Shown: in pieces, positions 27,182 through 42,456 of the stretch
Position numbering within the stretch: the stretch's first letter is position 1
Layout: each line of letters begins with the position of its first letter
Assembly (NCBI GenBank): GCA_012295275.1
Contig: CM022667.1
Location: forward strand, 14,012,001 to 14,076,000
DNA length: 64,000 bases
Source of the DNA: Chrysomallon squamiferum
Lineage: Eukaryota; Animalia; Mollusca
Direction of reading: 5' to 3'
Program-made: the position numbers and the translations under genes
The notes under the pieces: generated by a model
What the model was told of the DNA's origin: nothing
Database searches by the model: none
Seen by the model: only the letters and a program-made list of their open reading frames with translations

Positions 27182-27994
27182 AATATTAATAATAATAATT
27201 AAAATAGTAATAATAGTAATAACAATAATTAATACATCTACATATATATGTATATACATATATATATACGTATGTATATACATGCATATATATATATATA
27301 TATGAGCTATCTCTGTGTCTCTGTCTCTGTAATAATATTACAGGTGGTGTCATTGTCCCACGCGCTGCACATAGCAGAGGTAAGTGATTCTTAAGTACAT
27401 TAATAGCAGGATTCTTGTTTAGAATTGTAATTATGTGTAAGTATGTAAAATTTCTACTTTCACTATTGAAACCAATAAAACGTTTAAACGTTGCTATTTC
27501 GTCTGCGGGAAAATCATCTCAATATGTACAATATATTCCCTAACGACTGTTTTGTTTCTCGAGACGAATCTGTAATAATAACAATAATAATATGGCGATG
27601 TAATCTTAAGATCCAAATTTATTATCAGAAGATTAGATGTAACAAGGCAAATCATCACTTGTACTGTTATTGATTCACTTTATGTAAAAATACGGTCTAC
27701 GCCGGTTTTTTTATTTTATTTCAGCTTCGAGCTTCTCATTTATATTTCTGTCGATCGATTAGAGAACTTCTATTATCATAAGATTAGTATTTCTCTGAAC
27801 GCCTGTTAGATTTTTTGTTTCTGCACCAATCAGCTGAAATATGTGTGCATGCTAACAAATATATGTTAATATTCAAAATGAATTACCAAATATTTGTCGA
27901 TTCAATTTGTTTTACAGCTGAGCACCAGACACGCAGATCTCTGTTGTCGATGTGGATTGGAATAGTGATCTCGTTCGTGATTTTAAGCAAATAG
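26198..27994 (+). CDS. Six-Cys GPI-type protein, type B copy B3 (120 aa)
   Basis: Exons 26198-26231, 26610-26718, 27004-27110, 27344-27379, 27918-27994. Carries the MMSCLIETNC variant. Confidence 0.88.
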
Positions 27995-28363
27995 ACAGAA
28001 TTGACATTGAAAAAAACCCATCTGTTTTTAAGCCTCAAAACATCTATCTTTAATAAAAAATTAAAATATTGAAATTGAAATAATAATAAATATGAGTAAA
28101 TAATTTAATCTTCATTGTTATGAATTTGAAGATATATCCTGTTTAAAAATAAATTAATGTTTCTAATATCAGCATTTGTTATAATGTACTTTCAAGTTTT
28201 TCTTTCGTTTCGTAATGTAAAGACGTTTATTATTATTATTATTATTAGTAGTAGTAGTAGTAGTAGTAGTAATAGTAGTAGTAGTATCATTATCATAATT
28301 ATTTTTATTATCATTCATTATCATCATAATCATCACTATTATTAGCATTCTTCTTCATTATTA

Positions 28364-28398
<35 letters not shown>

Positions 28399-29550
28399 TC
28401 AACGTTTGAAATAACTGCAGTCAAAATGTTTTGTACATTAAATGTAAATATTATTTACAGTTATATTTTAGTTAAATGCTAATTAATAATAATTTATATT
28501 AAATGTGTTGACGTTTTGTAATGATTATAATCAGAAACGTTACAATTTAATAACAATACACTTTTTAACTGTGTAACACATACATAAATATATTCATAAA
28601 TACATACATACATACGTGTATATATATATATATATATATATACATACATACCAAGTATTCATATAATTTCAGTAAGAATTTTATAAACTGCTAATTCTAT
28701 TAAATGGCATGTTCTGATGATCGGGCACAGTTCTACTGACAATTTTGCAAAACTATAGTTCTGAATTTATTTCCATGCAACACATTTGTTTTTTTGTAAA
28801 TGCGATAAAACAAACTGTTGAAGTAAGAGTGAATATCTTAATCTATCTCTGTATATCTCTCTTTGATTGTGTCCTTGTAAGTTAGCACGTACACAGAAAA
28901 TATAGCCAGAGTTTGAATCCTTCAAAATTATACTTTGTACATTTTCTTACTCCTTTAGTTAGAATTTTAGTAATTATTATTACTATTTATTTTATCTTTT
29001 ATATTTAAAAAAAAATTATTTACCGTTCTTAAGCAATAAGCAAAGACCATTTCGGCTAAACACGTTTTACAATTGACGAAGTTCAAAATCTGTTCCTCAG
29101 CACTTTTCAGGCACAGGACAAGTTAATTAGTAATTTAAGAGAAATTATTACGCAGAGAAACTCCATCGATATTTGACTTGATGTCACGCGATCACCTTCA
29201 GTAGCAAATAACTTTTTCAAAATTTGATTAGAAACATTTACTTTTGTCAAATTATTCTTCATTCGATATTCACCTTTCAAACGCATCTATCTTTAATAAT
29301 AATAATAATAATAATAATAGCAACAACAACATACAGAGGTGCTGAATACGATAGCATCTATCATGCTTGATGCAGTAAACTCACACAACGTTGTTTGAAA
29401 ATATTTTTCTACTTTCAAAATACTATAATAACAAAAAAAACTCACGTTTAAATATACACAAGTGAAAGCTATTTTACTAATAATTGATTTACAAATAGAC
29501 GTAGCAGGCCACTGGGGCTTAGGGTGTACGAGTGTATGTATGTATGTATG

Positions 29551-29598
<48 letters not shown>

Positions 29599-29607
29599 TA
29601 TATATAT

Positions 29608-29743
29608 CTTGACTTACGCGACGTGTTTAATTTATTGCGAGCTCCTATCTCAATTTGCTCGTATATCAAATTAGTTTTCCAACTGAAATTAATTGAAATA
29701 CCATTAATCCGTTCCAGCCCTCTCAAAAACCACATATTGATAA

Positions 29744-29782
<39 letters not shown>

Positions 29783-30343
29783 AAATAAAAGAGAATGTAA
29801 AGAAATAAACTGGTTTTGTAAAGTGTATTTATCTCGGAGATCAGACAAATTATTTTAACGCCATTGGCTGGACTTACAGCCTTTTGTCGACTCCTTCTGC
29901 TTCAGCATGGTACATATCGTAGAAGTACTACGCTCGTAATGCCTAGCCAAGTCGACTACATGTACACCTCGCTCATGTTTTTCTATGAATTCAATCTTTA
30001 ATTCAATGGACATCATCCGCTTCTTCTTCTCAGCACTGTCCTTTCCACTGACTTTCTTAGGATTTGTGGCCAGAAAATAGAGATTTGGCAGAATACTGCA
30101 CTAAATGGACCACAACACAGCAGAGATGCTTCCGCGGCCAGGTAACCACGCCAAGTAAACGAACGAGGCTAGGGATGCTGTCCGCATGTTACGTTGATTG
30201 TTGCGCCAACTAGCGGCGGCGTATCTGAAGCTCGCTCGTTACTCGGATTTTGGCTCGCAACTCAAAGCAAAAGATCGACAGGGCGACTGCTCTTAACTCG
30301 AAAAACACGTAAGTTGGGGCACTCTTAAGTCGAGGTACCACTG
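29608..30343 (-). mobile_element. Tigger/pogo-type remnant, copy T5
   Basis: Same termini. Shares variants with T3 (atttgtggcc, ggccaggtaa). Confidence 0.8.
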
Positions 30344-30352
30344 TATATATAC

Positions 30353-30412
<60 letters not shown>

Positions 30413-31101
30413 GTAAATCCCGTGATTACTTTTCATAGGATCTTCTTCAAATAGAAATTGCTTTACGTGGCCCGAGTTAATGTAGCTAACAGGCAAGTCA
30501 GTAACTTCTCAAGGAGCGATTTACAGTGTCTGCCCATTTCCATCGCATCCTCAATCTCATGGAGTTTAGCGTAGTCCTAGTTCTTAAAACCCAATTCTAT
30601 CACTTTATTTGACAGATATTAAAAAATAAAAATTAAAAAAATACGGAACTCTGTTTTCTTTCAGTCTTTCTTTATTTATTTCATGTTTTTATTTATTACT
30701 GTTTTTGTTTATGTTTCTTTATTTCTTTTTCTTTTATTTTTTGTGTTGAAAATGAAAAATATAAAATAATAATAATAATAATAATAAGAATAAAGATAAT
30801 AAGAATAAATAAATAAATAAATAAATAATAAAAAATAAAATAAATGATAAAATTTGATTAGTTTTAGCTTTTGAAAACTAGGCTAGGAAGTGACGTAATT
30901 TATTGGCAGACGTTGTTAACGGTTATTACAACAAAACTAATTTCGCTGTATTGTTTTCACGAAGTTTATATTTATTGCTTATCACAAGAGGTATCACTGA
31001 ATATTGTTCTATAATATGTTGTTCTGCTACTAATAGGAATGAAAAGAAAACATTCAGTAAATCTATTGTATTTTTGTTTTAGTTCTAATTAAAAAAAACA
31101 C

Positions 31102-31147
<46 letters not shown>

Positions 31148-31180
31148 GTAATAGTAATATTAAGAATAATAATAATAATA

Positions 31181-31218
<38 letters not shown>

Positions 31219-31332
31219 CAACAACAAGAACAATAATAATAAAAGAGAGAGTAAAAACATTTTGACATTCAGTAAGTCATATTATCGAACTCACCTTTAC
31301 TAAATAATATTTGTATTTTCTAGCAAAGTAAG

Positions 31333-32438
31333 ATGAGATTGTTGTTCGCTCTCTGCATTATGTCTGGTAAAATTTAATTTCTCATCATTGTCAAATCTCT
31401 TTCTTTCCCACACACACTCCCACACACACACAAACACACAGACTGAATGTATGTCTTTATTTTTTGTAAATGAATATTTATAGTCGTTTCAGTTTCATTT
31501 TCAGTAATATTATAGTTTAATGCTAATTCTTTCAAAATGTAATATTGAATGCTTTGACGTTTACTATAAAGGATGTAACAGAAATGTTTGGTAACTGTGT
31601 GTATGTGTGTGTGTGTGTGCGCGTGCGTGTGTGTTTGTACGTATAACTGCGGACAGATACCGGTACACGCACGCACTGACGCCAAATGTTCATATAACGT
31701 CAATAAGATTTTTACAAACTGGTAATTCTGTTACATGATATGTTCTAATGACATTTTTGAAAAACTGCAGCTATAATACATTGTTTATTTCAGTAACAAT
31801 ACACTCGGGATTTTGTAAATGTGATGTTCCGACAGTGAAAAATTGCATCCGTGAATTCCTGAGGAAAAACACAGAACTGAAGAGAAGACTGGAGAAATGC
31901 AGGTATGTTCGTACATAAATAAACTATAGTAGATTTTTATTTATGTTTGTATTTACTGATTGACTGATTGGTTGATTGATTGATTGATTGATTTATATAT
32001 TTTTTATATATCATTTATTTATTTCGTAATTAATTGATTAGTATTGTTTTTGTAGATATTATACTTATTATTTATATTTTGTTCACATATATATATATAT
32101 ACACTTCAAAACAAAAATGTCATTCATTCGCAGTCACTGTTATAAACCAAATTGTTTTCCTTTTAACTGAATGTTTTTGTTGTATAAATAATAATAGTAA
32201 TAAATTTACTATACTTCAGCAATGTAAAGACTATGATAAGCTGTGCGAAAAAAACAGATTGTGTTTATTACCCTAGCAAGGTCTATACTATGGAACAACT
32301 GGAAAAAGCAGAGAAGGAAAACTGCAGTATGTTTACCTGTATACACAAGGATTCTTCACATGTTAAACACGAACTTTTTCACAATAATCATAATCATAAT
32401 AATGACAATAATAATAATAGTAATGATATATATATATG

Positions 32439-32525
<87 letters not shown>

Positions 32526-33128
32526 GTATGATACGTTAGTAATACATTACTAATAATATTACAGTTACTAATAAGGATTCGAGTGATGAACATAGCAAAG
32601 GTAAGTAATTTTTAAGCAGGGTTCTTGTTTATGTATGCTTAAGTATGTAAAATTGCTACTTTCAATTACTATATTCCCTAACGATTGTTTTGCTTGTCGA
32701 GACGAATCTGTAATAATAATAATAATAATCATAATAATAATAATAATATGGCGATGTAATCTTAAGGTCCAAATTTATTATCAGAAGATTAGATGTAACA
32801 AGGAAAATCATCACGTGTATTGTTACTGATTCACTTTATGTAAAAATACGTCTACGCCGTTTTTTATTTCAACTTCGAATCTTGTAATTTTTATTTCTGT
32901 CGATTGATTAGAGTCATCCTGATAACACTGGATTAGCCTGTTAGATTCTTGTTTCTGCACTAGTCAGTTGAAGTGTGTGTACTTAGTAACAAATATATGT
33001 TAATACTGAAAATGCACTACGAAATATTTATTGAATCAATTTGTTTTTCAGGTGAGCACCAGACACGTAGATCTCTGTTCTCGATCTTGATTGGAATAAT
33101 GATCTGTTTCATCATTTTAAGCAACTAG
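31333..33128 (+). CDS. Six-Cys GPI-type protein, type A copy A5 (120 aa)
   Basis: Exons 31333-31366, 31794-31902, 32220-32326, 32565-32600, 33052-33128. Differs from A3 by D->Y (CVYYP) and H->D (SSDEH). Confidence 0.88.
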
Positions 33129-33345
33129 ACAGAACTGACATTGAAAAAAACCAAAAACAAACATCTGTGTCCAAGCTTCAAAACATCTATCTTTAATAAA
33201 AAATAATAAATATGAGTAAATAATTTAATCTTCATTGTTATGAATTTGAAGATATATCCTGTTTAAAAATAAATTAATGTTTCTAATATCAGCATTTGTT
33301 ATAATGTATTTTCAAGTTTTTCTTTCGTTTCATAATGTAAAATAA

Positions 33346-33453
<108 letters not shown>

Positions 33454-34646
33454 CAAGCGTATGTGTGTGTATTTGAAACAACAGCAGAGGACTCAATGTG
33501 TTTATATATACCGACAACAGTATATACTTTACGAAATATGTTGTGTATGTGTGTAGTTGCATTTATTACATTTGTAATAAAAAAAGATAAAAACTGTAGC
33601 AATAACTGCAATTAAAATGTTTTGGACATTAAATGTAAATATTTATTTACAGTTATATTTTAGTTAAGTGCTAATTAATAATAATTTATATTAAATGTGT
33701 TGACGTTTTGTAATGATTATAATCAGAAACGTTACAATTTAACAACATTAAACTGTTTAACTGTGTAACACATACATACATATATTCATACATACATACA
33801 TACGTATATATATATACATACATACCAAGTATTCATATAATTTCAGTAAGAATTTTATAAACTGCTAATTTTATTAAATGGCATGTTCTGATGATCGGTC
33901 ACAGTTCTACTGACAATTTTGCAAAACTATAGTTCTGAATTTATTTCCATGCAACACATTTGTTTTTTTGTAAATGCGATAAAACAAACTGTTGAAGTAA
34001 GAGTGAATATCTTAATCTATCTCTGTATATCTCTCTTTGATTGTGTCCTTATAAGTTAGCACGTACACAGAAAATATAGCCAGAGTTTGAATCCTTCAAA
34101 ATTATACTTTGTACATTTTCTTACTTCTTTAGTTAGAATTTTAGTAATTATTATTACTATTTATTTTATCTTTTATATTTAAAAAAAAATTATTTACCGT
34201 TCTTAAGCAATAAGCAAAGACCATTTCGGCTAAACACGTTTTACAATTGACGAAGTTCAAAATCTGTTCCTCAGCACTTTTCAGGCACAGGACAAGTTAA
34301 TTAGTAATTTAAGAGAAATTATTACGCAGAGAAACTCCATCGATATTTGGCTTGATGTCACGCGATCACCTTCAGTAGCAAATAACTTTTTCAAAATTTG
34401 ATTAGAAAAATTTACTTTTGTCAAATTATTCTTCATTAGATATTCATCTTTCAAATCAAGTTTTAGGAAAACAAATGAATTTCTGACCAAAATAATAAAT
34501 AATAAATAAAATAAAATAAAATAAATTAATAAATTGATAATAAATAAATAAACAAAAAATATTACGTTCACTGAGAAATGAAGGGTAAAAAAATATGACT
34601 CTGTATATCGTGTACTTCAGTGTCTAAGCCTCAAACGCATCTATCT

Positions 34647-34704
<58 letters not shown>

Positions 34705-34950
34705 GAATAAGAATAATAATAGCAACAACAACATACAGAGGTGCTGAATACGATAGCATCTATCATGCTTGATGCAGTAAACTCACACAACGTTGTTTGA
34801 AAATATTTTTCTACTTTCAAAATACTATAATAACAAAAAAACTCACGTTTAAATATACACAAGTGAAAGCTATTTTACTAATAATTGATTTATAAATAGA
34901 CGTAGGACACTGAGGCTTAGGGTGTACGGGTGTATGTATGTATGTATGTA

Positions 34951-34987
<37 letters not shown>

Positions 34988-35694
34988 GTGTTTAATTTGT
35001 TCCGAGTCCTATCTCAATTTGCTCGTATATCAAATCAGTTTTCCAACTGAAATTAATTGAAATACCATTAATCCGTTCCAGCCCCCTCAAAAACCACATA
35101 TTGTTAACAAAATAAAATAAATAAATAAATAAATAATAAAAAAAAACTAAATAAAAGAGAATGTAAAGAAATAAACTGGTTTTGTAAAGTGTATTTATCT
35201 CGGAGATCAGACAATTTATTTTAACGCCATAGGCTGGACTTACAGCCTTTTGTCGACTCCTTCTGCTTCAGCATGGTACATATCGTAGAAGTACTACGCT
35301 CGTAATACCTAGCCAAGTCGACTACATGTTTTTCTATGAATTCAATCTTTAATCCAATGGACATCATCCGCTTATTCTTCTCAGCACTGACCTTTCCACT
35401 GACTTTCTTAGGATCTATGGCCAGAAAAAAGAAATTTGGCAGAATACTGCACAAAATGGACCACAACACAGCAGAGATGCTTCCGCGGCGAGGTAACCAT
35501 GCCAACTAAACGAACAAGGCTAGGGATGCTGTCCGCATGTTACGTTCATCGTTGCGCCAACTAGCGGCGGCGTATCTGAAGCTCGCTCGTTACTCGGATT
35601 TTGGCTCGCAACTCAAAGCAAAAGATTGACAGGGCGACTGCTCTTAACTCGAAAAACACGTAAGTTGGGGCACTCTTAAGTCGAGGTACCACTG
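34988..35694 (-). mobile_element. Tigger/pogo-type remnant, copy T6
   Basis: Same right terminus. The HTH fragment is visible in ORF 35221-35505, with a 15-bp internal deletion shared with T7. Confidence 0.8.
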
Positions 35695-36099
35695 TATATA
35701 TATATGTGTGTGTATGTGTGTGTGCGTGTGTGTGTGTGTGTGTGTGTGCATACACAGACACACACACATACACATACATATTTACACAGAAACATATGGG
35801 ATGCCAAAAGTGGCCAAAATGTTGGGGCAAACAAGCAGGTAAATCCCGTGATCACTTTGTATAGGATCTTCTTGAAATAGAAATTGCGTAGTCCTAGTTC
35901 TTAAAACCCAATTCTATCACTTTATTTGACAGATACTTTACATTTTACAGATATTAAAAAATAAAAAAAATAAAAATACGGAACTCTGTTTTCTTTCAGT
36001 CTTTCTTTATTTATTTCATGTTTTTATTTATTACTATTTTTGTTTATGTTTCTTTATTTCTTTTTCTTTTATTTTTTGTGTTGAAAATGAAAAATATAA

Positions 36100-36144
<45 letters not shown>

Positions 36145-36588
36145 GATAATAAGAATAAATAAATAAATAAATAAATAATAAAAAATAAAATAAATGATAA
36201 AATTTGATTAGTTTTAGCTTTTGAAAACTAGGCTAGGAAGTGACGTAATTTATTGGCAGACGTTGTTAACGGTTATTACAACAAAACTAATTTCGCTGTA
36301 TTGTTTTCACGAAGTTTATATTTATTGCTTATCACAAGAGGTATCACTGAATATTTTTCTATAATATGTTGTTCTGCTACTAATAGGAATGAAAAGAAAA
36401 CATTCAGTAAATCTTTTGTCGTTTTGTTTTAGTTCTAATTAAGAAAACCGTAATAATAATAATAATAATAATAATAACAACAAAAACAATAATAATAAAA
36501 GAGAGAGTAAAAACATTTTGACATTCAGTAAGTCATATTATCGAACTCACCTTTACTAAATAATATTTGTATTTTCTAGCAAAATAAG

Positions 36589-36656
36589 ATGAGATTATTG
36601 TTCGCTCTCTGCATTATGTCTGGTAAAATTTAATTTCTCATTATTGTCAAATCTCT

Positions 36657-36697
<41 letters not shown>

Positions 36698-37655
36698 ACA
36701 CTGAACGTATGTCTTTATTTTTTGTAAATGAATATTTATAGTCGTTTCAGTTTCATTTTCAGTAATATTATAGTTTAATGCTAATTCTTTCAAAATTTAA
36801 TATTGAATGCTTTGACGTTTACTATAAAGGATGTAACAGAAATGTTTGGTAACTGTGTGTATGTGTGTGTGTGTGTGCGTGCGTGTGTGTTTCTACGTAT
36901 AACTGCGGACAGATACCGGTACACGCACGCACTGACGCCAAATGTTCATATAACGTCAATAAGATTTTTACAAACTGGTAATTCTGTTACATGATATGTT
37001 CTAATGACATTTTTGAAAAACTGCAGCTATAATACCTTGTTTATTTCAGTAACAATACACTTGGGTTTTTGTAAATGTGATCTTCCGTCAGTGAAAAATT
37101 GCATCCGTGAATTCCTGAGGAAAAACACAGAACTGAAGAGAAAAGTGGAGAAATGCAGGTATGTTCGTACATAAATAAACTATAGTAGGTTTTTATTTAT
37201 GCTTGTATTTACTGATTGATTGATTGGTTGATTCATTCATTGATTTATTTATATATTTTTTATATATCATTTATTGATTTCGTAATTAATTGATTAGTAT
37301 TGTTTTTGTAGATATTATACATATACTTATTATTTATATTTTGTTTACATATACATACATACATACATACATATATACACTTGAAAACAAAAATGTCATT
37401 CATTCGCACTCACCGTTATAAACCAAATGGTTTTCATTTTAACTGAATGTTTTTGTCGTATAAATAATAATAATACATTTACTATACTTCAGCAATGTAA
37501 AGACTATAATAAGTTGTGCGAAAAAACACGGTTGTGCTGATTACCCTAGCAAGTTGTATAGTAAGGAAAGATTGAAAGAAATAGAGAAGGAAAACTGCAG
37601 TATGTTTACCTGTATACACAAGGATTCTTCACATGTTAAACACGAACGTTTTCAC

Positions 37656-37714
<59 letters not shown>

Positions 37715-38394
37715 TAACACTAATAATAATAATAGTAATAATAATAATAATAATAGTAATGATATATATATATGAGCTCTCTCTCTCTCTCTCTCTCACT
37801 CATGTATGATACGCTAGTAATACATTAGTGATAATATTACAGTGCCTAATAATGATCTGAGTGCCGCACGTAGCAAAGGTAAGTGATTTTTAAGCAGGGT
37901 TCTTGTTTAGAATTTTAATTATGCTTAAGTATGTAAAATTACTACTTTCAATTACTATATTCCCAAAACGATTGTTTTGCTTTTCGAGACGAATCTGTAA
38001 TAATAATAATAATATGGCGATGTAATCTTAAGGTCCAAATTTATTATCAAAAGATTAGATGTAACAAGGAAAATCATCACTTGTACTGTTACTGATTCAC
38101 TTTATGTAAAAATATGTCTCTGCCGTTTTTTATTTCAACTTCGAATCTTGTAATTTTTATTTCTGTCGATCGATTAGAGTCATCCTGATAACACTGGATT
38201 AGCCTGTTAGGTTCTTGTTTCTGCACTAGTCAGTTGAAGTGTGTGTACTTAGTAACAAATATATGTTAATACTGAAAATACACTACCAAATATTTATTGA
38301 ATCAATTTGTTTTTCAGGTGAGCACCAGACACGCAGATCTCTGTTCTCGATCTGGATTGGAATAATGATCTGTTTCATCATTTTAAGCAACTAG
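36589..38394 (+). CDS. Six-Cys GPI-type protein, type A copy A6 (120 aa)
   Basis: Exons 36589-36622, 37050-37158, 37493-37599, 37843-37878, 38318-38394: MRLLFALCIMSVTIHLGFCKCDLPSVKNCIREFLRKNTELKRKVEKCSNVKTIISCAKKHGCADYPSKLYSKERLKEIEKENCMPNNDLSAARSKGEHQTRRSLFSIWIGIMICFIILSN*. Confidence 0.88.
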
Positions 38395-38645
38395 ACAGAA
38401 TTGACATTGAAAAAAAACAAAAAAAACAAACATCTGTGTCTAAGCTTCAAAACATCTATCTTTAATAAAAATAAAAAAAATAAAAAAATTGAAATTGATA
38501 TAATAATAAATATGAGTAAATAATTTAATCTACATTGTTATGAATTTGAAGATATATCCAGTTTAAAAATAAATTAATGTTTCTAATATCAGCATTTGTT
38601 GTAATGTATTTTCAAGCTTTTCTTTCGTTTCATAATGTAAAGAAG

Positions 38646-38684
<39 letters not shown>

Positions 38685-38951
38685 CAACAACAACAACAAC
38701 AACAACATACAGAGGTGCTGAATACGATAGCATCTATCATGCTTGATGCAGTAAACTCACACAATATTTGAAAATATTTTTCTACTTTCAAAATACTATA
38801 ATAACAAAAAAACTCAGTTTAAATATACACAAATGAAAGGTATTTTACTAATAATTGATTTACAAATAGACGTAGGACTCTGAGGCTTAGGGTGTACGAG
38901 TGTATGTATGTATGTATGTGTGTTTGTATATATATATATATATATATATAT

Positions 38952-39662
38952 GTGTTTAATTTGTTCCGAGTCCTATCTCAATTTGCTCGTATATCAAATC
39001 AGTTTTCCAACTGAAATTAATTGAAATACCATTAATCCGTTCCAGCCCCCTCAAAAACCACATATTGTTAACAAAATAAAATAAATAAATAAATAAATAA
39101 TAATTAAAAAAAAACTAAATAAAAGAGAATGTAAAGAAATAAACTGGTTTTGTAAAGTGTATTTATCTCGGAGATCAGACAATTTATTTTAACGCCATTG
39201 GCTGGACTTACAGCCTTTTGTCGACTCCTTCTGCTTCAGCATGGTACATATTGTAGAAGTACTATGCTCGTAATACCTAGCCAAGTCGACTACATGTTTT
39301 TCTATGAATTCAATCTTTAATCCAATGGACATCATCCGCTTCTTCTTCTCAGCACTGACCTTTCCACTGACTTTCTTAGGATCTATGGCCAGAAAAAAGA
39401 AATTTGGCAGAATACTGCACAAAATGGACCACAACACAGCAGAGATGCTTCCGCGGCGAGGTAACCATGCCAACTAAACGAACAAGGCTAGGGATGCTGT
39501 CCGCATGTTACGTTCATCGTTGCGCCAACTAGCGGCGGCGTATCTGAAGCTCGCTCGTTACTCGGATTTTGGCTCGCAACTCAAAGCAAAAGATTGACAG
39601 GGCGACTGCTCTTAACTCGAAAAACACGTAAGTTGGGGCACTCTTAAGTCGAGGTACCAGTG
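38952..39662 (-). mobile_element. Tigger/pogo-type remnant, copy T7
   Basis: As T6; see ORF 39189-39473. Confidence 0.8.
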
Positions 39663-40073
39663 TATATATATATATATATATATGTGTGTATGTGTGTGCG
39701 CGCGCGCGTGTGTGTGTGTGCATACACAGACACACACACATACACATACATATATACACAGAAACATATGGGATGCCAAAAGTGGCCAAAATGTTGGGGC
39801 AAACAAGCAGGTAAATCCCGTGATAACTTTTTATAGGATCTTCTTGAAATAGAGATTGCGTAGTCCTAGTTCTTAAAACCCAATTCTATCACTTTATTTG
39901 ACAGATACTTTACATTTTACAGATATTAAAAAATAAAAATTAAAAAATTACGGATCTCTGTTTTCTTTCAGTCTTTCTTTATTTATTTCATGTTTTTATT
40001 TATTACTATTTTTTTTTATGTTTCTTTATTTCTTTTTCTTTTATTTTTTGTGTTGAAAATGAAAAATATAAAA

Positions 40074-40121
<48 letters not shown>

Positions 40122-40132
40122 GATAATAAGAA

Positions 40133-40164
<32 letters not shown>

Positions 40165-40595
40165 AAAAAATAAAATAAATGATAAAATTTGATTAGTTTT
40201 AGCTTTTGAAAACTAGGCTAGGAAATGACGTAATTTATTGGCAGACGTTGTTAACGGTTATTACAACAAAACTAATTTCGCTGTATTGTTTTCACGAAGT
40301 TTATATTTATTGCTTATCACAAGAGGTATCACTGAATATTTTTCTATAATATGTTGTTCTGCTACTAATAGGAATGAAAAGAAAACATTCAGTAAGTCTT
40401 TTGTCGTTTTGTTTTAGTTCTAATTAAGAAAACAGGTAATAATAATAATATTAATAAGAATAATCATAATAATAATAATAACAACAACAAAAACAATAAT
40501 AATAAAAGAGAGAGTAAAAACATTTTGACATTCAGTAAGTCATATTATCGAACTCACCTTTACTAAATAATATTTGTATTTTCTAGCAAAATAAG

Positions 40596-40663
40596 ATGAG
40601 ATTATTGTTCGCTCTCTGCATGATGTCTGGTAAAATTTAATTTCTCATTATTGTCAAATCTCT

Positions 40664-40730
<67 letters not shown>

Positions 40731-41669
40731 AGACTGAATGTATGTCTTTATTTTTTTTAAATGAATATTTATAGTCGTTTGAGTTTCATTTTCAGTAATA
40801 TTATAGTTTAATGCTAATTCTTTCAAAATTTAATATTGAATGCTTTGACGTTTACTATAAAGGATGTAACAGAAATGTTTGGTAACTCTGTGTATGTGTG
40901 TGTGTGTGTGCGTGCGTGCGTGTGTGTTTGTACGTATAACTGCACTGACGCCAAATGTTCATATAACGTCAATAAGATTTTTACAAACTGGTAATTCTGT
41001 TACATGATATGTTCTAACAACATTTTTGAAAAACTGCAGCTATAATACCTTGTTTATTTCAGTAACAATACACTTGGGTTTTTGTAAATGTGATATTCCG
41101 ACAGTGAGAGAGTGCCTCCGTGAATTTCTGAGGAAAGACACACAACTGAAGAGAAGACTGGAGAAATGCAGGTATGTTCGTACATAAATAAACTATAGTA
41201 GATTTTTATTTATGTTTGTATTTACTGATTGATTGATTGGTTGATTCATTCATTGATTTATTTATATATATTTTTATATATCATTTATTTATTTCGTAAT
41301 TAATTGATTAGTATTGTTTTTGTAGATATTATACATATACTTATTATTTATATTTTGTTTACATATACATACATACATACACACATATATACACTTGAAA
41401 ACAAAAATGTCATTCATTCGCACTCACCGTTATAAACCAAATGGTTTTCATTTTAACTGAATGTTTTTGTCGTATAAATAATAATAATAAATTTACTATA
41501 CTTCAGCAATGTAAAGTCTATGATAAGTTGTGCGAAAAAACACGGTTGTGCTCATTACCCTAGCAAGTTCTATAGTATGGAAAGATTGGAAGAAATAGAG
41601 AAGGGAAACTGCAGTATGTTTACCTGTATACACAAGGATTCTTCACATGTTAAACACGAACGTTTTCAC

Positions 41670-41760
<91 letters not shown>

Positions 41761-41779
41761 TATATATATATATATATCA

Positions 41780-41852
<73 letters not shown>

Positions 41853-42456
41853 ATGTATGATTCGCTAGTAATACATTAGTGATAATATTACAGTGCCTAT
41901 TAATGATCTGAGTGCCGCACGTAGCAAAGGTAAGTGATTTTTAAGCAGGGTTCTTGTTTAGAATTTTAATTATGCTTAAGTATGTAAAATTACTACTTTC
42001 AGTTACTATATTCCCTAACTATTGTTTTGTTTCTGGAGATGAATCTGTAATAATAATAATAATAATATGGCGATGTAATCTTAAGATCCAAATTTATTAT
42101 CAGAAGATTAGATGTAACAAGGAAAATCATCACGTGTACTATTATTGATTCACTTTATGTAAAAATATCGTTTTTTATTTCAACTTCGAATCTTCTCATT
42201 TTTATTTCTGTCGATCGATTAGGGGTCCTTCTGATATCATAAGATTAGTATTTCTCTGTACGCCTATTAGGTTCTTGGTTCTGCACTAATCAGCTGAAGG
42301 ATGTTTGCTCAGTAACAAGTATCTGTTAATATTCAAAAATGCATTACCAAGTATTTATTGATTTATTTTGTATTTTCAGGTGAGCACCAGACACGCAGAT
42401 CAGTGTTTTCGATGTGGATTGGAATAATGATCTCGTTCGTCATTTTAAACAATTAG
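40596..42456 (+). CDS. Six-Cys GPI-type protein, type A copy A7 (120 aa)
   Basis: Exons 40596-40629, 41063-41171, 41507-41613, 41894-41929, 42380-42456: MRLLFALCMMSVTIHLGFCKCDIPTVRECLREFLRKDTQLKRRLEKCSNVKSMISCAKKHGCAHYPSKFYSMERLEEIEKGNCMPINDLSAARSKGEHQTRRSVFSMWIGIMISFVILNN*. Confidence 0.88.

Noticed and set aside
35221-35505. 94-aa ORF with a CENP-B/psq HTH as a domesticated or active transposase
   Set aside because: The native start is mutated, there is a deletion within the HTH and no catalytic domain, and other copies are disrupted.
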